Shown here: piece by piece, positions 12,501 to 25,855 of the stretch | Layout: each line of letters starts with the position of its first letter | Numbering within the stretch: the stretch's first letter is position 1 | From: Oikopleura dioica | Lineage: Eukaryota; Animalia; Chordata | Reading direction: 5' to 3' | Assembly: GCA_907165135.1 (NCBI GenBank) | Contig: OU015567.1 | Coordinates: 5,890,001-5,954,000, forward strand | DNA: 64,000 nt | Program-made: the position numbers and the translations under genes | Notes under the pieces: model-generated | What the model was told of the DNA's origin: nothing | The model's input: the letters and a program-made list of their open reading frames with translations, nothing else | Database searches by the model: none

Positions 12501-15500
12501 TTGAGAATTCCTTCGATGTATCCTTCGTATTCCTTCATCTCCAAGTCTTCCTGGTAGTTCTCCGGGTAGCAGAGAAGCTGGAGAATAATATGCGCCTGCT
12601 CTGGACGCAAATTTCCGATTGCCTTGACCAAGTTATCTCCATTCAACAAGCTCTTTTCCTTGACCCATCCTTCTGAACAGATCGCTTTGAGGATCTTTGA
12701 AGCAAATTCCGCCATGTCCCGTACTTTGCCAGTATCGAGCAAGGATTTTGTATCGATGGTTTTGAACTGGTCAACCGGAAGTTTGAAGATTTTAAATTGA
12801 TCCTGCTGGCTGCCTGGGATACCAGAAAGCATTGCTTCAGAACTGAGAACCATCAGGATCCGCAAAGCTTGAGCAAGACAGATTTGAAAGTCGAGTGAAG
12901 CTTGGCAAGCTCGGAGAAGGTGGCGATCCACGCTTTGGGTCAGCATATCTCGCGAGGAGTTTGAAGAGCGGTCTTTTGGCGGCTTGGAGCGGAGGAGAAA
13001 GAGCATGAACTCGCAACAGAGTTTTTGAAGCTTGCGCGTTTCTTTTTCCCTGACGTTGTCAGCGCTTGGACCGTTGGCATAGGTTCTGCTGAGGGCGCTG
13101 AAAATGATATGGAGCACGTCAGCAAGTTTAACGACGTTGCGGGCGATCAATATTCCGTAAAGAACGGCCATTTGTTCGGCAGCGCGGATGGTTCCGGTCT
13201 CTATTCTATGAAGCACATCCGAGTACGACTTCGAGACCGATTCTGTCTTGGGCATAATTGCTTGTAAAATGCCGAGCCATTCTTGCGCCAAGGTGGGCAC
13301 AATCGAGGTCACATCTGCGGCCAGTTTTGCCAGCTCGTTCGACCGCGCGTTTGGCGTGTTTGGCGAGCAAACTGCTATCAAAATCGCCGATGCAATAGAG
13401 AAACGGTTTTCTTCCGCTTTTTCGCAGCCGTCGGAGATGTTCTTTTTGCACCACTTTTTGATTTTGTAAATATCGGCCAGGTGGATTTTCATCATGTCGT
13501 CGTAGATTTCCGTGCTGTAGCGGAAGTTTGTGGCAGTTGGCGGAGCTACTTTGTCGTGCGCGATTTTGATTTTGGCGAGCATCGCTTTCCATGTTTCGTT
13601 TGATTCTTTCTGCTTCGTGCAGGCGTACAATTCGTAAATGTAAAATAGCATGACTCGCTCGGCAGAAAAACATTCAAGAGGATCTGTTCCGACAAGCAAT
13701 CGTCTGAAGCCGTCGAAGATTTTGGAGCAAAGATCGCTTTCTAGCAAGACGTAATCGTGGCACAATCGCAGCGCTCCGGTGAAGATCAGACCGACGTTGT
13801 TGGTGTATGTCTTGATCAGCTTCTGCTGCGTATTCATCTGCTTCGAGTGGCCCTCCGAATCGCTCTTGCGCTTGATCAGAACTTCCATGTTCCTCAAAGA
13901 CGGTAGAACATTCGCAGCCAGTTCCATGACTGCAATAAAGTTTCCACACTCGAGTAGGATATTGATAAGAATCGAAAACGCCTCTTTCGGCGGGAGTTTC
14001 TCCGATCTTCCTTCATAATACTGGCGCATGATGTTTGAAATCTTCTTCACCAACATGCTGGAAATGTAAAAACGCTGAAAGTAGCAACACGAATTTAAAT
14101 TTTTAATCGGCTCGTAGTTTGGTAGCGGGTTTTCTTCACTTGCTTCCAGCATGATTTTCAGCAGCTCGTTGAAGATCTTTTTGCTGTTTTTCTTGACTTC
14201 TTTTCTTTTTGACCCAATGCCATACAGGGCGATTTCGCGCTGATTTCGCTCTCCAACTGTATCGTCATCGTCGTCACGTGATAGGTAAAGAACAGAAACG
14301 GGAATAGGAAGATGTTCCAGAAGAATACGGTGTCGAGAGTCACCTGTTTTATACGCTCGACAAAATCGGTGAATCGTCAAATCATTTAAAGGATTAGCCG
14401 GTGGCTACAGTATAAAACTTGCAGTATCAGTATTTCGCTATTGTATGAGGCTATTGACAGATAAGACGTTAAGTGCTCAAAAGCGGCTATAAATACGGCG
14501 AGAAAGGGATCATGTTAACATTCAAATATGAATTTGTTTTCATTGATTTCATTTTTCACCGCTACTGTAACTGCTGGCTTGATTACTGACATAAATCAGC
14601 TGCTACAAATGGCGAATAATTATAACGAGAACTCGCTCTATGGAACTCCCTGGAAAGAACCATCGAAAGATCAGCTCTTTGATGAAGAACCAGAAGATGG
14701 GCTCAAAGATTTTATGCAAAACTTTAATGTCTTCTCTATCTGAAAACTTGTCAAATTGAAAATAAAATATGAGTTGTCGAGCGTTTTCCTGGGTTTGAAT
14801 GAGAGGTGATATCCGTCCGTATGCCCCTTGAAATCAAGGAAGAGATATACATCGAGTGCGAAAAACAATCGTGCCTAATCAGCTCTCCAAAGAGACAAAT
14901 CAGGTGATGGAAGGCTTCAGTCTTCTCAGAATATGGAGCGCTCTCGTGCAGATACATAAACAGCTCACTTTGAAAAACGGGCACGGATGTTTTTCGCCCA
15001 GGTTCTTGCGCGTCAATTTCTTCTTGTCGCTGCGCAAGGAGTTTTGCGATTAAAATTGCGCGGAAATTGCCGTAGCGCTTAGAGTTCACTGCCCAGTCGC
15101 AGAGAGTGCCGATGATGGAGGAGGTTTCGATGTTGCCAAGTTTGAAGATTGCATCGTAAACGGGCTTCAGTGGGTCGGCTTTGTTAGGGTCTGCGTTTCG
15201 AATCGCCTGAGCCGCTTTGTCGAGAATTCTAATAATGTCGACCACTTTTGAAATGACTGCGGAAGTAAGACTGTCTTTGGACGTATATCTTGACCATTTG
15301 TTCTCGACGGCGGTGGAGCGTTTCGAAATCATGCGTTCATGTTGTCGCAGGTATTGGAGATACTCTTGCTCGCCATTGTAAAACTGCGCTGCCGAAGGAG
15401 GAATGAGCATTTGCGAGGGCGCTTGGGGCAGAATGTCGAGCGGCGAACCGGGGTGATTTCGAATGTCGGCCGGTTCGTACCAAACTAGCGCGCTGGGACA

Positions 15501-16974
15501 GTACATCGTTATCAAGTGAATGATGCTGTTCAGGCCCCAGGTCAGCGTGTCGAAGCGCCGTTCGTATTCTGGATTGTTGTTGAGTTTCTCCTTCGTCGAA
15601 CTGGGCACTAGCGCTTCGCTTTTCTCGCGACTCTGAAACTGTGAAATCTCTTCTGGAATTTCAACTTCGATCCAGTAAATCATTTGGCTGACGAAAAACG
15701 CTAATCTGCGAGAATGAAGCGTGTTCCTGACAAAATCGGAAATATAGACTAAAATCGTGGATAAAATTTGCCGGAGCTTGAATTCTTCGCCGGCTTTGAT
15801 CGACTCGCAGATTTTCAACAATCGCTGGAGGACTTCTTCTTTGTCCAGCATATTTTCTGTGTACATGTATCGCATTAAATCGTTCGCGTAATTCCAGTAG
15901 TCTTCGATTGCTTCACGAGACATTGGTTTTGCCTGATTCAGGGTTCGACAATCTGTATAGAAAGCTGAGTCAGGAACCTGAAAGATAGGGAGTACCCTTG
16001 TTTATCCTCTAACTCCCTCCATGTGTCCCCTTGTTTATCCTTGAGCATCGTAACATAAGTAATGTTACATTACCCAAAAAGAAAGGCTATGTGGCCAAAA
16101 GATGAACAAGGGGACACATGGACGGAGTAGAAGGATGAACAAGGGTACTCATTTTTGAGGAAACTGACTCAGGTTTCTACACAGGTTTTCTGAGCCCAGG
16201 CCTGATTGTTTGACTGAGGCTTTTGAGTAGGTAAATTCATGTCGGTTTGTTTGTTCCACATTTCTTCGAAGAAATCGACGACTTTTTTCGTCCACTCTGC
16301 AGTTGGATCGTTGTTCTGTCTTTTTGTTCTGGTGCTTTTGGAGGTCGCTTCTGGCATCAAAAGCGGCATGTTGTAAGCGATGAGTTTGATGTACCAAGTA
16401 GCTCTGGCGACGGGAACGTTGTGCTCCCCGAAAAGGTAGAATAGCTCGCTTTTTCGCGGCAAAAACATCGGAATCTTCGTATTTCGCTTTTTCGGATTGA
16501 GCAAGTCTTCCAGAGGAATCGAATCGGAGAGATCCTCCAGGAAGATTTTCAAGTCTCTGTGGCGATTTTGATGAGCGGCGATCCCAGGTTGGAGGATTCG
16601 GAAACTTTCTTTTGGGATTGAAACTTTTTCTTTTCGTTTTTGAAATCGTCCTGGATCTGCGAGCAGCGCAATGAATCATCTTGGATTTGCTTCAAGCTTT
16701 TTAACACGCGTTTTTCGTAAAAATTCGGCATCAGTGTTTCGTCTTCTTCGGATTTTTCGATGAACTTTTGGGTGAAAACATCTTTGGCACTGGAGGACTC
16801 GTTCGGCTGGGAGACAAGAGGGTTCAGTAACGAGAAACCGTGCTTGAGAAAGGTTGCGGAAAGTTCGTCTTCTTTTTGAAACTGATCTTGGGGGTAACGG
16901 TCGGCTGGGCCCAGGGCGCGTTTCGTGCCTTGTCGCAGCGGCTTGTCTTCGAAATACAGGCCTAATGTCGACAT
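9580..16974 (-). CDS. MED12: Mediator complex subunit 12, multi-exon
   Basis: LGPADRYPQD..QKEDELS, VPVARATWYIKL, PSALVW, LCDWAV..RYGNFRA, LFGELIRHDCFSHSMY..LISRG, QLRLSLIGGMF, VSPWDLIEGLK..ISLSWFG, and a Q/N/M-rich C-terminus. Frameshift at ~16621. Confidence 0.93.
14528..14743 (+). CDS. Putative 71-aa secreted peptide, intronless, nested antisense in a MED12 intron
   Basis: Signal-peptide-like N-terminus MNLFSLISFFTATVTAG, TATAAATA at 14488-14495, AATAAA at 14761-14766, all inside MED12 intron ~14344-14788. Confidence 0.6.
   Translation: MNLFSLISFFTATVTAGLITDINQLLQMANNYNENSLYGTPWKEPSKDQLFDEEPEDGLKDFMQNFNVFSI
15939..16199. mobile_element. hAT-like MITE family A with perfect 8-bp TSD GCCTGATT; forms a MED12 intron
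   Basis: TSD copies at 15931-15938 and 16200-16207; termini CAGGGTTCGACAA / TTCTGAGCCCAG. Confidence 0.88.
15990..16150. mobile_element. Second palindromic element nested inside the MED12 MITE
   Basis: GAGTACCCTTGTTTATCCT..CCATGTGTCCCCTTG / CAAGGGGACACATGG..GGATGAACAAGGGTACTC inverted arms. Confidence 0.8.
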
Positions 16975-17467
16975 CGCGGCTTTTCAGAAATTTTTCTAAA
17001 AGAAAGTTTATAGTTGAAAATGCAATAAATTAAAAAAATGAGCAAAAATTAAAATTAACATTTCCCCAAATAAATTTATTGGAGAATTTTACTTACAATT
17101 TGGTTGTTTTCTTTCTTCGTTACATCTCTCTCAGCGGATTATTTCTTGAAAAAAGGGTTGAAAAGGGGCGAAAATCGCGAACGCGCCGAGGCGGCCTGAA
17201 AAAGACGCGATGGCCCGTGGGAATTTCAGGCGCGGGTGACTCATCGAACGCCATAATGCCCTTTTTTGCGCTTTGAAAAAGATTTTTTTATTCTGCAAGA
17301 CAATTGAATTAAATTGACGAGATTCTTTTATGCAGATCTGGATAAACTCGTTCAGAGAAAGCGATAGTGTACCATCATCTCTAGAATAGCGCTAGAACTT
17401 TGTTGTTTCCTTCATTTTTTCCTTCAGTTTACAAAAGCCCCATTTTTTCAATTTAGATTTTGTAAAA
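16975..17467. promoter_or_regulatory. Divergent promoter region between MED12 and NME5
   Basis: Head-to-head starts ~490 bp apart, with a GC/CGCG-rich core (17165-17270) flanked by AT-rich tracts. Confidence 0.55.
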
Positions 17468-18484
17468 ATGGCCGGAAATATCGAGTTAGAGCGAACTCTG
17501 GCGATTATAAAACCTGACGCTCTTCAGGAACGAGTTTTACTTCATCCCCTTTTCAACCCTTTCCTTCAAGAATTCTGTAAAACTCGGGCCAGGACGCAGA
17601 CGAAATCCGGCGAATCATCAAAGCATCTGGCTTCTCAATTATTGCCCAGCGACAAATACATTTAGCTACCGAGCAAGCAGGCGACTTCTATGCTGAACAT
17701 TACGGAAAAGTAAGTTTTTCGCTCTTTTCTTATTTTCATGGTTTTAGATGTTTTTCACAAATCTTATGTCATTCATGTCCGGTGGTCCGATTATTGCTAT
17801 TGTTTTGGGGAAGAAAAACGCGATCGAAGACTGGCGAAAACTGATGGGGCCTACGAATCCGATGGACGCGCGGGAGCGATTCCCAGATTCGATCAGGGCG
17901 CTTTTTGGAAAAGGTACTGTAACTCCCAGCTCCCTCATTTTATCAACCTCTTTTTAGATCAAACTCAGAACTCGGTCCACGGATCGGACTCGGTCGCCTC
18001 CGCCGCTCGCGAAATTCGATTCTTCTTTCCACAAATGATCCTCGAGCCTATTCCTACTGGTCAAACTACAGAACGTTATATTGAACAGCATATTACTCCA
18101 ACATTGAATGAAGCTCTTTGCAAGGTAAGATCTCCCTTTTCTCCGCTTTGATGGGGGTTCTTCTTGGGTTAACCCGTCTTTTGGTTGGATGAGGCAAGAC
18201 ATACTGCTTTCTGATTGGCTTAAATCTCCCCATAGACCTCTCATCCTCCATTTCTTAAAATATAGGTTGAGCCTTTTAGGTTCTTTTAAGCTAATCAGAA
18301 GCCCATATCGCTCCTCAGGGCCAATCAGAAGCCACCTAACCCCAATTCCTCCCCATATTTCCCCAAATCCTTTCCTAACCCCCCTTTTTAGCTGTGCAAG
18401 GAAAAGCCTGGCGAACCAATCTCGTGGCTGGCCGAATACCTGGACCAGAACAACCCGAACAAACCCTGCGTCACTCAGCCTTGA
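17468..18484 (+). CDS. NME5: Nucleoside diphosphate kinase homolog 5 (NDK domain plus Dpy-30 motif)
   Basis: ERTLAIIKPDA, FYAEHYGK, FMSGGP, WRKLMGPTN, NSVHGSDS..AAREIRFFFP, ITPTLNEAL..LCKEKPGEPISWLAEYL. Confidence 0.92.
18150..18360. repeat. Degenerate inverted repeat in an NME5 intron
   Basis: TTCTGATTGGC versus GCCAATCAGAA / GCTAATCAGAA, and GGGTTA versus TAACCC, arranged as mirrored motifs. Confidence 0.4.
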
Positions 18485-18629
18485 ACTAAATTTTCATTCT
18501 GCACGAAACAAACATCCGTGATATACTTTATTTTTTCATACAAAATATATTCTATTTTATACTACGCCTGTTTCCTCTTTCTTTCTCTTCAGACGGCGAG
18601 GTCGCACTAGAAATTAGAAAAAAAGGAAA

Positions 18630-21600
18630 ATGACGAGTGTTAAAATGGACCCGACTTCGTATAATTTTCTGACGAAGGAGGTGTGTAAGGCCTGGCCGTC
18701 TTCTGGCAGAGCAGAAGTGCTCAAGCAGTTTCATGATTCTTACAGAAATGGATCGAAACATACAGTATTTTTCAATTGAAATTTTGAACAGAAGACAATT
18801 GAGATTTCTCAAAGTTGGCCTTGCCAAATAGGTGGAAATATTTTGATCCATCCTCAGAGCTTTCAAAAAAGACTACACAAAGGGCTACCAAATGCGTAAA
18901 ATAATGCACGAGCTTTTGTGGCGATACCTCGGCGAGTACGTCTCCACTGACGATATGAATCAGTGGCTTGGCAGTGCGAGCCAAGAATGTCCGGAAATTC
19001 AGTCCATATGCGTTGACGTACTGTTGGTTGTTGATGCGGAATGTTCGATTTGCGACAATGACGAGCACAAAGCCAGGCTGGCGAAATTCACGACTTTGGT
19101 TTCAAAACTCGGCGCCGAAAAAACGCTTCAAGAACGACTCGACTTGGAAACCGGCACTTTGGAAAAAGCAGGAATCATTCCAAATCAAAAGCAATTCCAA
19201 CAAAAATACATCAAGACGAAAACGCGTCTGTTTTACAAGCAGCAAAAGTTCAACTTGCTCCGTGAAGAAATTGAGGGCTACTCGAAGCTGGCTACAGAGC
19301 TATTTGAAAATAATCATCCTGAGGAAACGCTAGAGCATGTCAAGTCGCTCATCGGATGCTTCAATATTGATCCTAATCGAGTTCTCGATATTTGCTTGGA
19401 ATATCTGGAGCATTCAATAGGTAATTACCCCTTTTTACCAAAAATATCAAAAAATTGGTCCTGTTTTCGATCATCTCCTGGTTCCTGAGTAGAAATCTGT
19501 CATTTTTCTTAATAAAACAGGATCGAAATCAGGAACATGCTTTGGCAAAACACTAATAAATGCATTCAGTCTCACCAAGCGCCGCAAAAAAAGCTCATTT
19601 CCTGCTACTTGCGCCTCTGCGACTCTACGACTCTAACACATCTTCTCGGCTTCAAATTTCAATTTTACGAAAAAACCAAGACTCCCGAAAGCCTCTACCA
19701 AACAGCTGGGCTTTTGCTTCAAAGCGAAATGGTCGACCTCGACGATTTGTATCCCCATCTTTCTCCGAGCGATGCGGAAATCAGAGAGCATCATAAAAAG
19801 ACGATGGCGGCCGCGGGCGAGTTGAAAAAGCGCCTGAGCGTGGTCCAACTTGGAGACAAGAAAAAAGACGACATCAACATCGACGCGATGATGGCCCAAG
19901 AAACCAACCAGAAATTCGGGCTCGCTCGAGCGCTCGTCGTTTTAGGAAACTGGGAAACAGCTCAAGAAATCATCGAGCGCTACCCACAGTTTTGCGCAGT
20001 TTCTGATCCATCGATGGCGAAGGCGATAACCAAAAGATGTCATCAGATCATCGAACCTCTTTTCAGAAAAGTAGCGGCGAAGAAAATCGGCACAGGAAAA
20101 CCGGTCGAGGTCAAAATCGACGAAAAGTCTCAAGTCAAGGAGTTTTCCGATATCGAAACGAATTTGATGCCGATTGTCAATACTCTTGGTCCAATGCTCT
20201 CCGTTGATCCGTTGTTGTTCACCAAGATCCTGAGAATCACCAAGAGCTTCTTCCGAACCTACAAGAGCGAGGCAGAAAATGCCGATTGGCGATCTGAAAA
20301 CCGATCCACCATCGCTTCTCTTCTTTGCATAATTGAAGAGGTCTTGCTTCCATCCTTGACGATGATGGACTGCCCAGTTGTTCAATCCGAAGAGCTCTGG
20401 CAAATCTTCAAAAACATGGACTACGAGCTTCGCTACCGCCTCTACGGGCATTGGAAGAACCAAAGCTGCACCTTCCACCCGAAATTGATCGTCGCGCACG
20501 CCAAGTCCGTCGACCGAACAAAATACGTCCTCAAGCGGCTAACAAAAGACACGGTCAAGCAATCCGGTCGACAGCTCGGCAAAATCTCTCACGCTAACCC
20601 AGGCGCGCTTTTCGACACTATTTTGGTGCAAATTCAGCGTTATGACAACCTGATCGGTCCAGTCGTCGACACTTTGAAATACCTAACGAGCGTTAGCTAC
20701 GATGTTCTCATCTACTGTGTCATTGAGGCCTTGGCGAATCCGGAAAAGGAAACGATGAAAACTGATGGAACAACAATTTCCGACTGGCTTCAGAGTTTGG
20801 CAAACTTCTGCGGAACTGTTTGCAAAAAATACAGCATCGACTTGATCGGCTTGATTCAATACGTGGCGAATAAGCTTCAGACAGGATCGTCTCTTGATCT
20901 TTTGCTGCTGAAAGAAGTGGTCCAGAAGATGTCGGGAATCGAGGCCAATGTTGAGGTCACTGATGATCAGTTGAATGCGCTCTCTGGCGGCGAAATTTTG
21001 AAAACAGAAGGAGGTTATTTCGGTCAAATTCGAAACGTCAAGAAGCCAAGTTTGAGGTAAAAGCCTGAAACCTTAATAAGGTCCAAATATTTTTCAAAAA
21101 GAGGAAAAATGAGCTAGAAATAGAACCAAAATCTTCAGATTACGAGAAGTCCTGATCGAGCATAAACTCGCCCTACCTCTCTGCCTCCTTATGAGTACAC
21201 ATCGAGCTCATATCGTTTTCGAAGAAGGAGTAGGAAAACACTTGAAACTCGTCGGCAAACTTACAGATCAGTGTCACGACACTCTCTATCAATTCGGCGG
21301 TTTTCTCAGCGCAAACCTGAACATGGAAGAATACATGAAGCAAGTGCCGCCGATCGAAGAGCTTATCGAAAAGTACGGCACTCCCTGGGACGTGGCATTT
21401 TTCATCTCGAGGCAAATGTACAATCATCAGATACAGGATCAGTACCAGATCAAAGTCACTGATCAGAAAATAAACGACCAAGAAGTAAAGGTAAATTGCA
21501 TCTTTATCGACGCTTATGCAATGCTCAAGAGCGTCATAATTTGATATTTCATGCAATAAAGAGGCCTCTCGTTTATATAACCAAGGATAATTTTTGATTA

Positions 21601-24143
21601 AATAAAGCCTCGCACGCAATGTTCTTTTCAAGCTGCTGGGTTGTATAAGCGCTTATACAACGAGCAAGAATGGAAAGAGTATAGCGCGCAATGCTAATTT
21701 TATCAAGACTTATCCTCGGTTACATAAACGAGGAAGGCCTAATTATTGCATGAAATATCAAATTTTATCGATGTTTATGTAAGCGAATACATAAAAGCAA
21801 CGCTTTTACTTTTTTCTTTAGCAAAATAAGCTTATACTTCTTATTGTCTGCTTATTGTAAGTGTTAGTGTCATCATCATTATCCTTTTTTGTAGTCAGAA
21901 ATGTTCATCGACTGCGCTGATCACATCTTACTGCCAATCGCCAAGACGGTGGAATCGATGCACAAGGACAACGTCTGGCTCGACATCAGCTCCAACTTAT
22001 ACACCGCTTTTTGGACAATGACGATGTACGATATTGAAACGCCGACAGAGTCTTACGCCAAGGAAGTGAAGAAGCTTAAGGGACAGATCAAGCAACTGGA
22101 CGACAATCTGGAATTAAATTCAAGTAATTATTTACGCTACAAATAAACTAGTGGAGAATTTAAGCGCCTTATATAATCCCCTCTTCTTCCAAAAAGAATT
22201 ATATTTAATTTTTAGCAAAACGAAAACGAGAGAAAGAACGCCTCACAACTCTGATCGAAAAACTCAACGCCGAAAAACAGAAACAAGATGAGCATCAACA
22301 AATGGTTTTTGGCCGACTTCAGCGACAGTGTGAAAACTGGTTCCCTGCAAGAAACACGAAAAATGACGCGATCACTACATTCCTTCGAATTTGCCTCTTC
22401 CCGAGATGCATTTTCTCGGCTTTGGATGCTCAGTACTGTGCCAGAATGGTCCAGTTGATTCATGAATTGAGAGTTCCGAATTTCAGGTAAATATTCTTTA
22501 TTTAGAGTGATTGGTCAGGTCAAGTAAAATATTTTTATGTTGCATTTTATGCATATTAGAAGTTCAAATGGACTTTCACAATATTTTCAAACAATCAACA
22601 CTATCAATCAACCACAACGGAGAATTTTTCTGTTTTCATGAATCTTTCATTTCATAATCTGGGATATTTTTTTTAAATGTGATACCATAGTCCTCTTTCT
22701 AAGATTTTATGTAGCCTTTTGTCGGTTGAGGGCGCCACTCGCATTCATTTCCACCTGTCAAGACTCAGCGGGAGTTTTGAAAAATAACTACCCGCTTCTA
22801 GTTACATGTACCTGATCCTTATCAACCTTTTTTCAGCACTCTTCTCTGCTACGATCGAGTATTCACAGACATCAGCTACATCGCCGCCTCCCTCACCGAA
22901 AACGAAGCATCTCGTTTCGGCCGTTTCCTTTGCGGAATGCTCTCGACGATCATGCGCTGGCACTCTGATCCTGAATACTACGAAAAAGAGTGTGGCGACT
23001 TCCCAGGCTTCATCACGGTTGTCCGAACTCACAACAAAGCTAATGAGCCCAGTTCAAGAGTAAGTTTCTTTCTGAATGAAAAATATTCAGCTCCTTTCTA
23101 GGCGAACCAGCTTGATTATGAAAACTTCCGCCACGTGTGCCACAAGTGGCAGTACAAGCTCACCAAAGCTCTTGTTCTCTGCCTCGAGTCTGGCGAATAC
23201 GTTCAAATTCGAAACGCGCTGATGATTCTCACCAAGATCCTCCCCTTCTTCCCCATGGTCACTACTCTCGGAGCAGCACTAGAAAAACGCGTGGAAAAGG
23301 TGCGAAACGAAGAGAAAGACAAGCGACAGGACTTGTACGCCTTGGCGATGGGATACGCTGGACAACTGAAGGGAAGAAAGAGCGCCATGGTTCAGGAAAA
23401 TGAATTCCATACAAAAGACGTAAGTTTTTTAAACATTTTCTCTTGCTTATTTTTTTTTTCAGAAAACTCAAAAAGCACCTGCCATGAAAGAAATCCAAGA
23501 GCGAAAACGTCGAGAAGCTGCGAAAAAGCGCGAAGAAGGCAAAACTCTCTCGATGGACGTAGAAGATGCGAAAAAGGAAGAGCGAAAGGCTGAAAGTCGT
23601 TCTCGATCAAAGACAGCTGAGCGCTCCAGGGCTCGAGAAAAGAGCGAGAAGAAGGAGAAGACGGCGGAAAAAGAGAAGGAGAAAGAACCAGAACCGCCGA
23701 AAGACACGTCGAAAATGACGATGCAAGAAAGGATGGCCGAAAAGCGACGGCAGCGGGAACTCGGCATGGCAAAGAAAGAAGCGGCTGAAGAGTCGAAGGA
23801 CGATGACAGCGATAAACGAAAGCGAGCCAATCCAAGTTCTGAGCCAGGATCGCAGGAAAAATTGCCGAAGCGAGCGAAGAAAGATGACAAAGACAAAAAA
23901 GACGAGGAGAAAAAGAAGGAAGATAAGAAAGCCCAGCTCTCTGAAGCACTCGAAAAGGAAAAGAAGGAGAAAGAGGTGAATTGATATATTTCGTTTTTGA
24001 TCGTTTTAATGAGTTCCAAGGCACGATCGAAGGAAAAGTCCAAGCGGGATGAAGAGCGATCCAAGTCCAAGTCGAAATCGCGCGCCCGATCACGTGATCG
24101 TTCCGAGTCTCACTCCCGAAGCGAGCGAAAATCCCGCCGTTAG
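18630..24143 (+). CDS. THOC2: THO complex subunit 2
   Basis: [79 protein letters not shown]; charged K/E/R/S tail. Confidence 0.96.
21538..21764. mobile_element. Palindromic MITE in a THOC2 intron
   Basis: AATTTGATATTTCATGCAATAA..AGGCCT..CTCGTTTAT / ATAAACGAG..AGGCCT..TTATTGCATGAAATATCAAATT. Confidence 0.8.
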
Positions 24144-24355
24144 TTCAATTACCGAAAATTTCAAAAAGTTCAAAACATTCAGTAAACCCGAAAAAGTTAA
24201 CCAACTTTTATCTCATTTACATGTTTAAAAAGAAAAATCAACTGCAGGAACGTTTTTTCCTGTTTCTCTACTGTACTGCCCCTTTTCACAATTTTGAATT
24301 TAGACTCAATTTATGTGCTGCACTCCTCTTTAACCCATTTAACCTGTTTAGACAA

Positions 24356-25489
24356 ATGTCGACATCGGGGCAAATCGATGGCGAAGACGCGATAGAAGCA
24401 AATGCGGACGATGAGAGTTTAGCAGGAATCGCCTCAGCTTCAGGGAGCATCAAGGAAGAACAGGACTTCGAATTGCAGCGAGAAGATAGCAAGGATGATT
24501 CCAGAGACGCAGATGTCTCCTCGGGCGAGGAAATGGACAAGAAAACTGCTAGGAAAGGGGTTGAAATATTTGTTTGATTCAATAGCGGAATAGTTGCTTT
24601 CATCCCTGAAAAAGAAAACTTTCACTAAAAAAGCGCCGAAACTCGAATCTCAACGGCGAAGAAATCGCCAACCACATCCAGCCAAACATCGAAGCCATGA
24701 AGCTCGGACTGCCAGCCGAAGTAGCCGCTAGCGTACAACTGCCAGTCCAAATGCCGGTCGTCGAAGTCGAAAGTGGAAGCCCGGCGCGCGAGTGGCCCAG
24801 CCGCTGCAGCTCGACTTACTGCGAAGCCGACGACGACCAAAGCCCTGACGACACGACCAATGCTGCCACGAAACAAACGACTGCCAGGAAGCCATCAGTT
24901 GCGCACTCGATTGCGCTAAATCCGTCGATGACCACGGCAGATGTAATCAGAAGACTGTCACAACCGACTCTTGTTCCAATCATTACCCCAGGTAAGCAAT
25001 TTCATTGATCAACTTTCCCTTGAAACTGGATCCTTGGAACTAACCCTCCTTTTTTAGTGGTCGGACCAATGTTCAGCACTCCCGCGAATCAAAGCAACCA
25101 GATGCCGCCGAGTCCAGACCGTCTGGAACTGAAGGAGCGGCTCTACAACTACACCCTCGAACCTCCCTCTCCCGGACGACTGGCGCTCAAAGGAATCGAA
25201 ACCGACGATGAAACAACAAAGCACTCGAACGACGAACCAGACCAAGATCAGCTGACCACGCCGCCAGCTGAGCTCGAAGAAGAGAACATCGAAGACAAGC
25301 AGAATCAAACAGAACAACCAAAAGGTAAAAATCGTAATTCTATTGTGATTCATTTCAAACCTACTGTAGCAGTTAAAATCTCGAACTATCAAAACCGAAG
25401 AGAAGCCAAAAACAAAAGAAGCAATCCAGAAGGACTTTCGCTGCGGCAAGAAATCGCCAATAGAAATCTCAAGAGACAAAGAACTGAAG
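24356..25489 (+). CDS. Acidic low-complexity exons: unknown gene, or N-terminal extension of WRAP53
   Basis: ATG after a TTTAG acceptor; several exons with GT-AG junctions encoding S/T/P/E/D-rich sequence; no recognisable domain. Confidence 0.55.
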
Positions 25490-25855
25490 GTAAAAAATCT
25501 CGAAATTACAGTTAATCACTTTTTGAGCAAAAAATTTTTCGACAATATCTCTTCACTCAATTAGCGGCAGAGATCATCAGATTTTCTCATCTTTTCTCGA
25601 TTTCTACTACGAGAAGGGATTTTCATTCATTTTCGCCTTGCGCGCGTTTTGATTGGTCATTTTTCAAGTTTGGCGCGCCATTCCGACCATCGATAGCTTC
25701 ACGTGCCGCCGCCCACGGATTGGCTGAGAGAAAACACGCTTTTTCCTCTTTTTTTTTCTCCGTGAAATTTCCCCTTTTTCTATAATAAGAGATTCAACCC
25801 TAGCGATTCAGGCTCGTCAGATGGCTTTCTTGAAATCCCAAGGCTCAAGAGCCCC

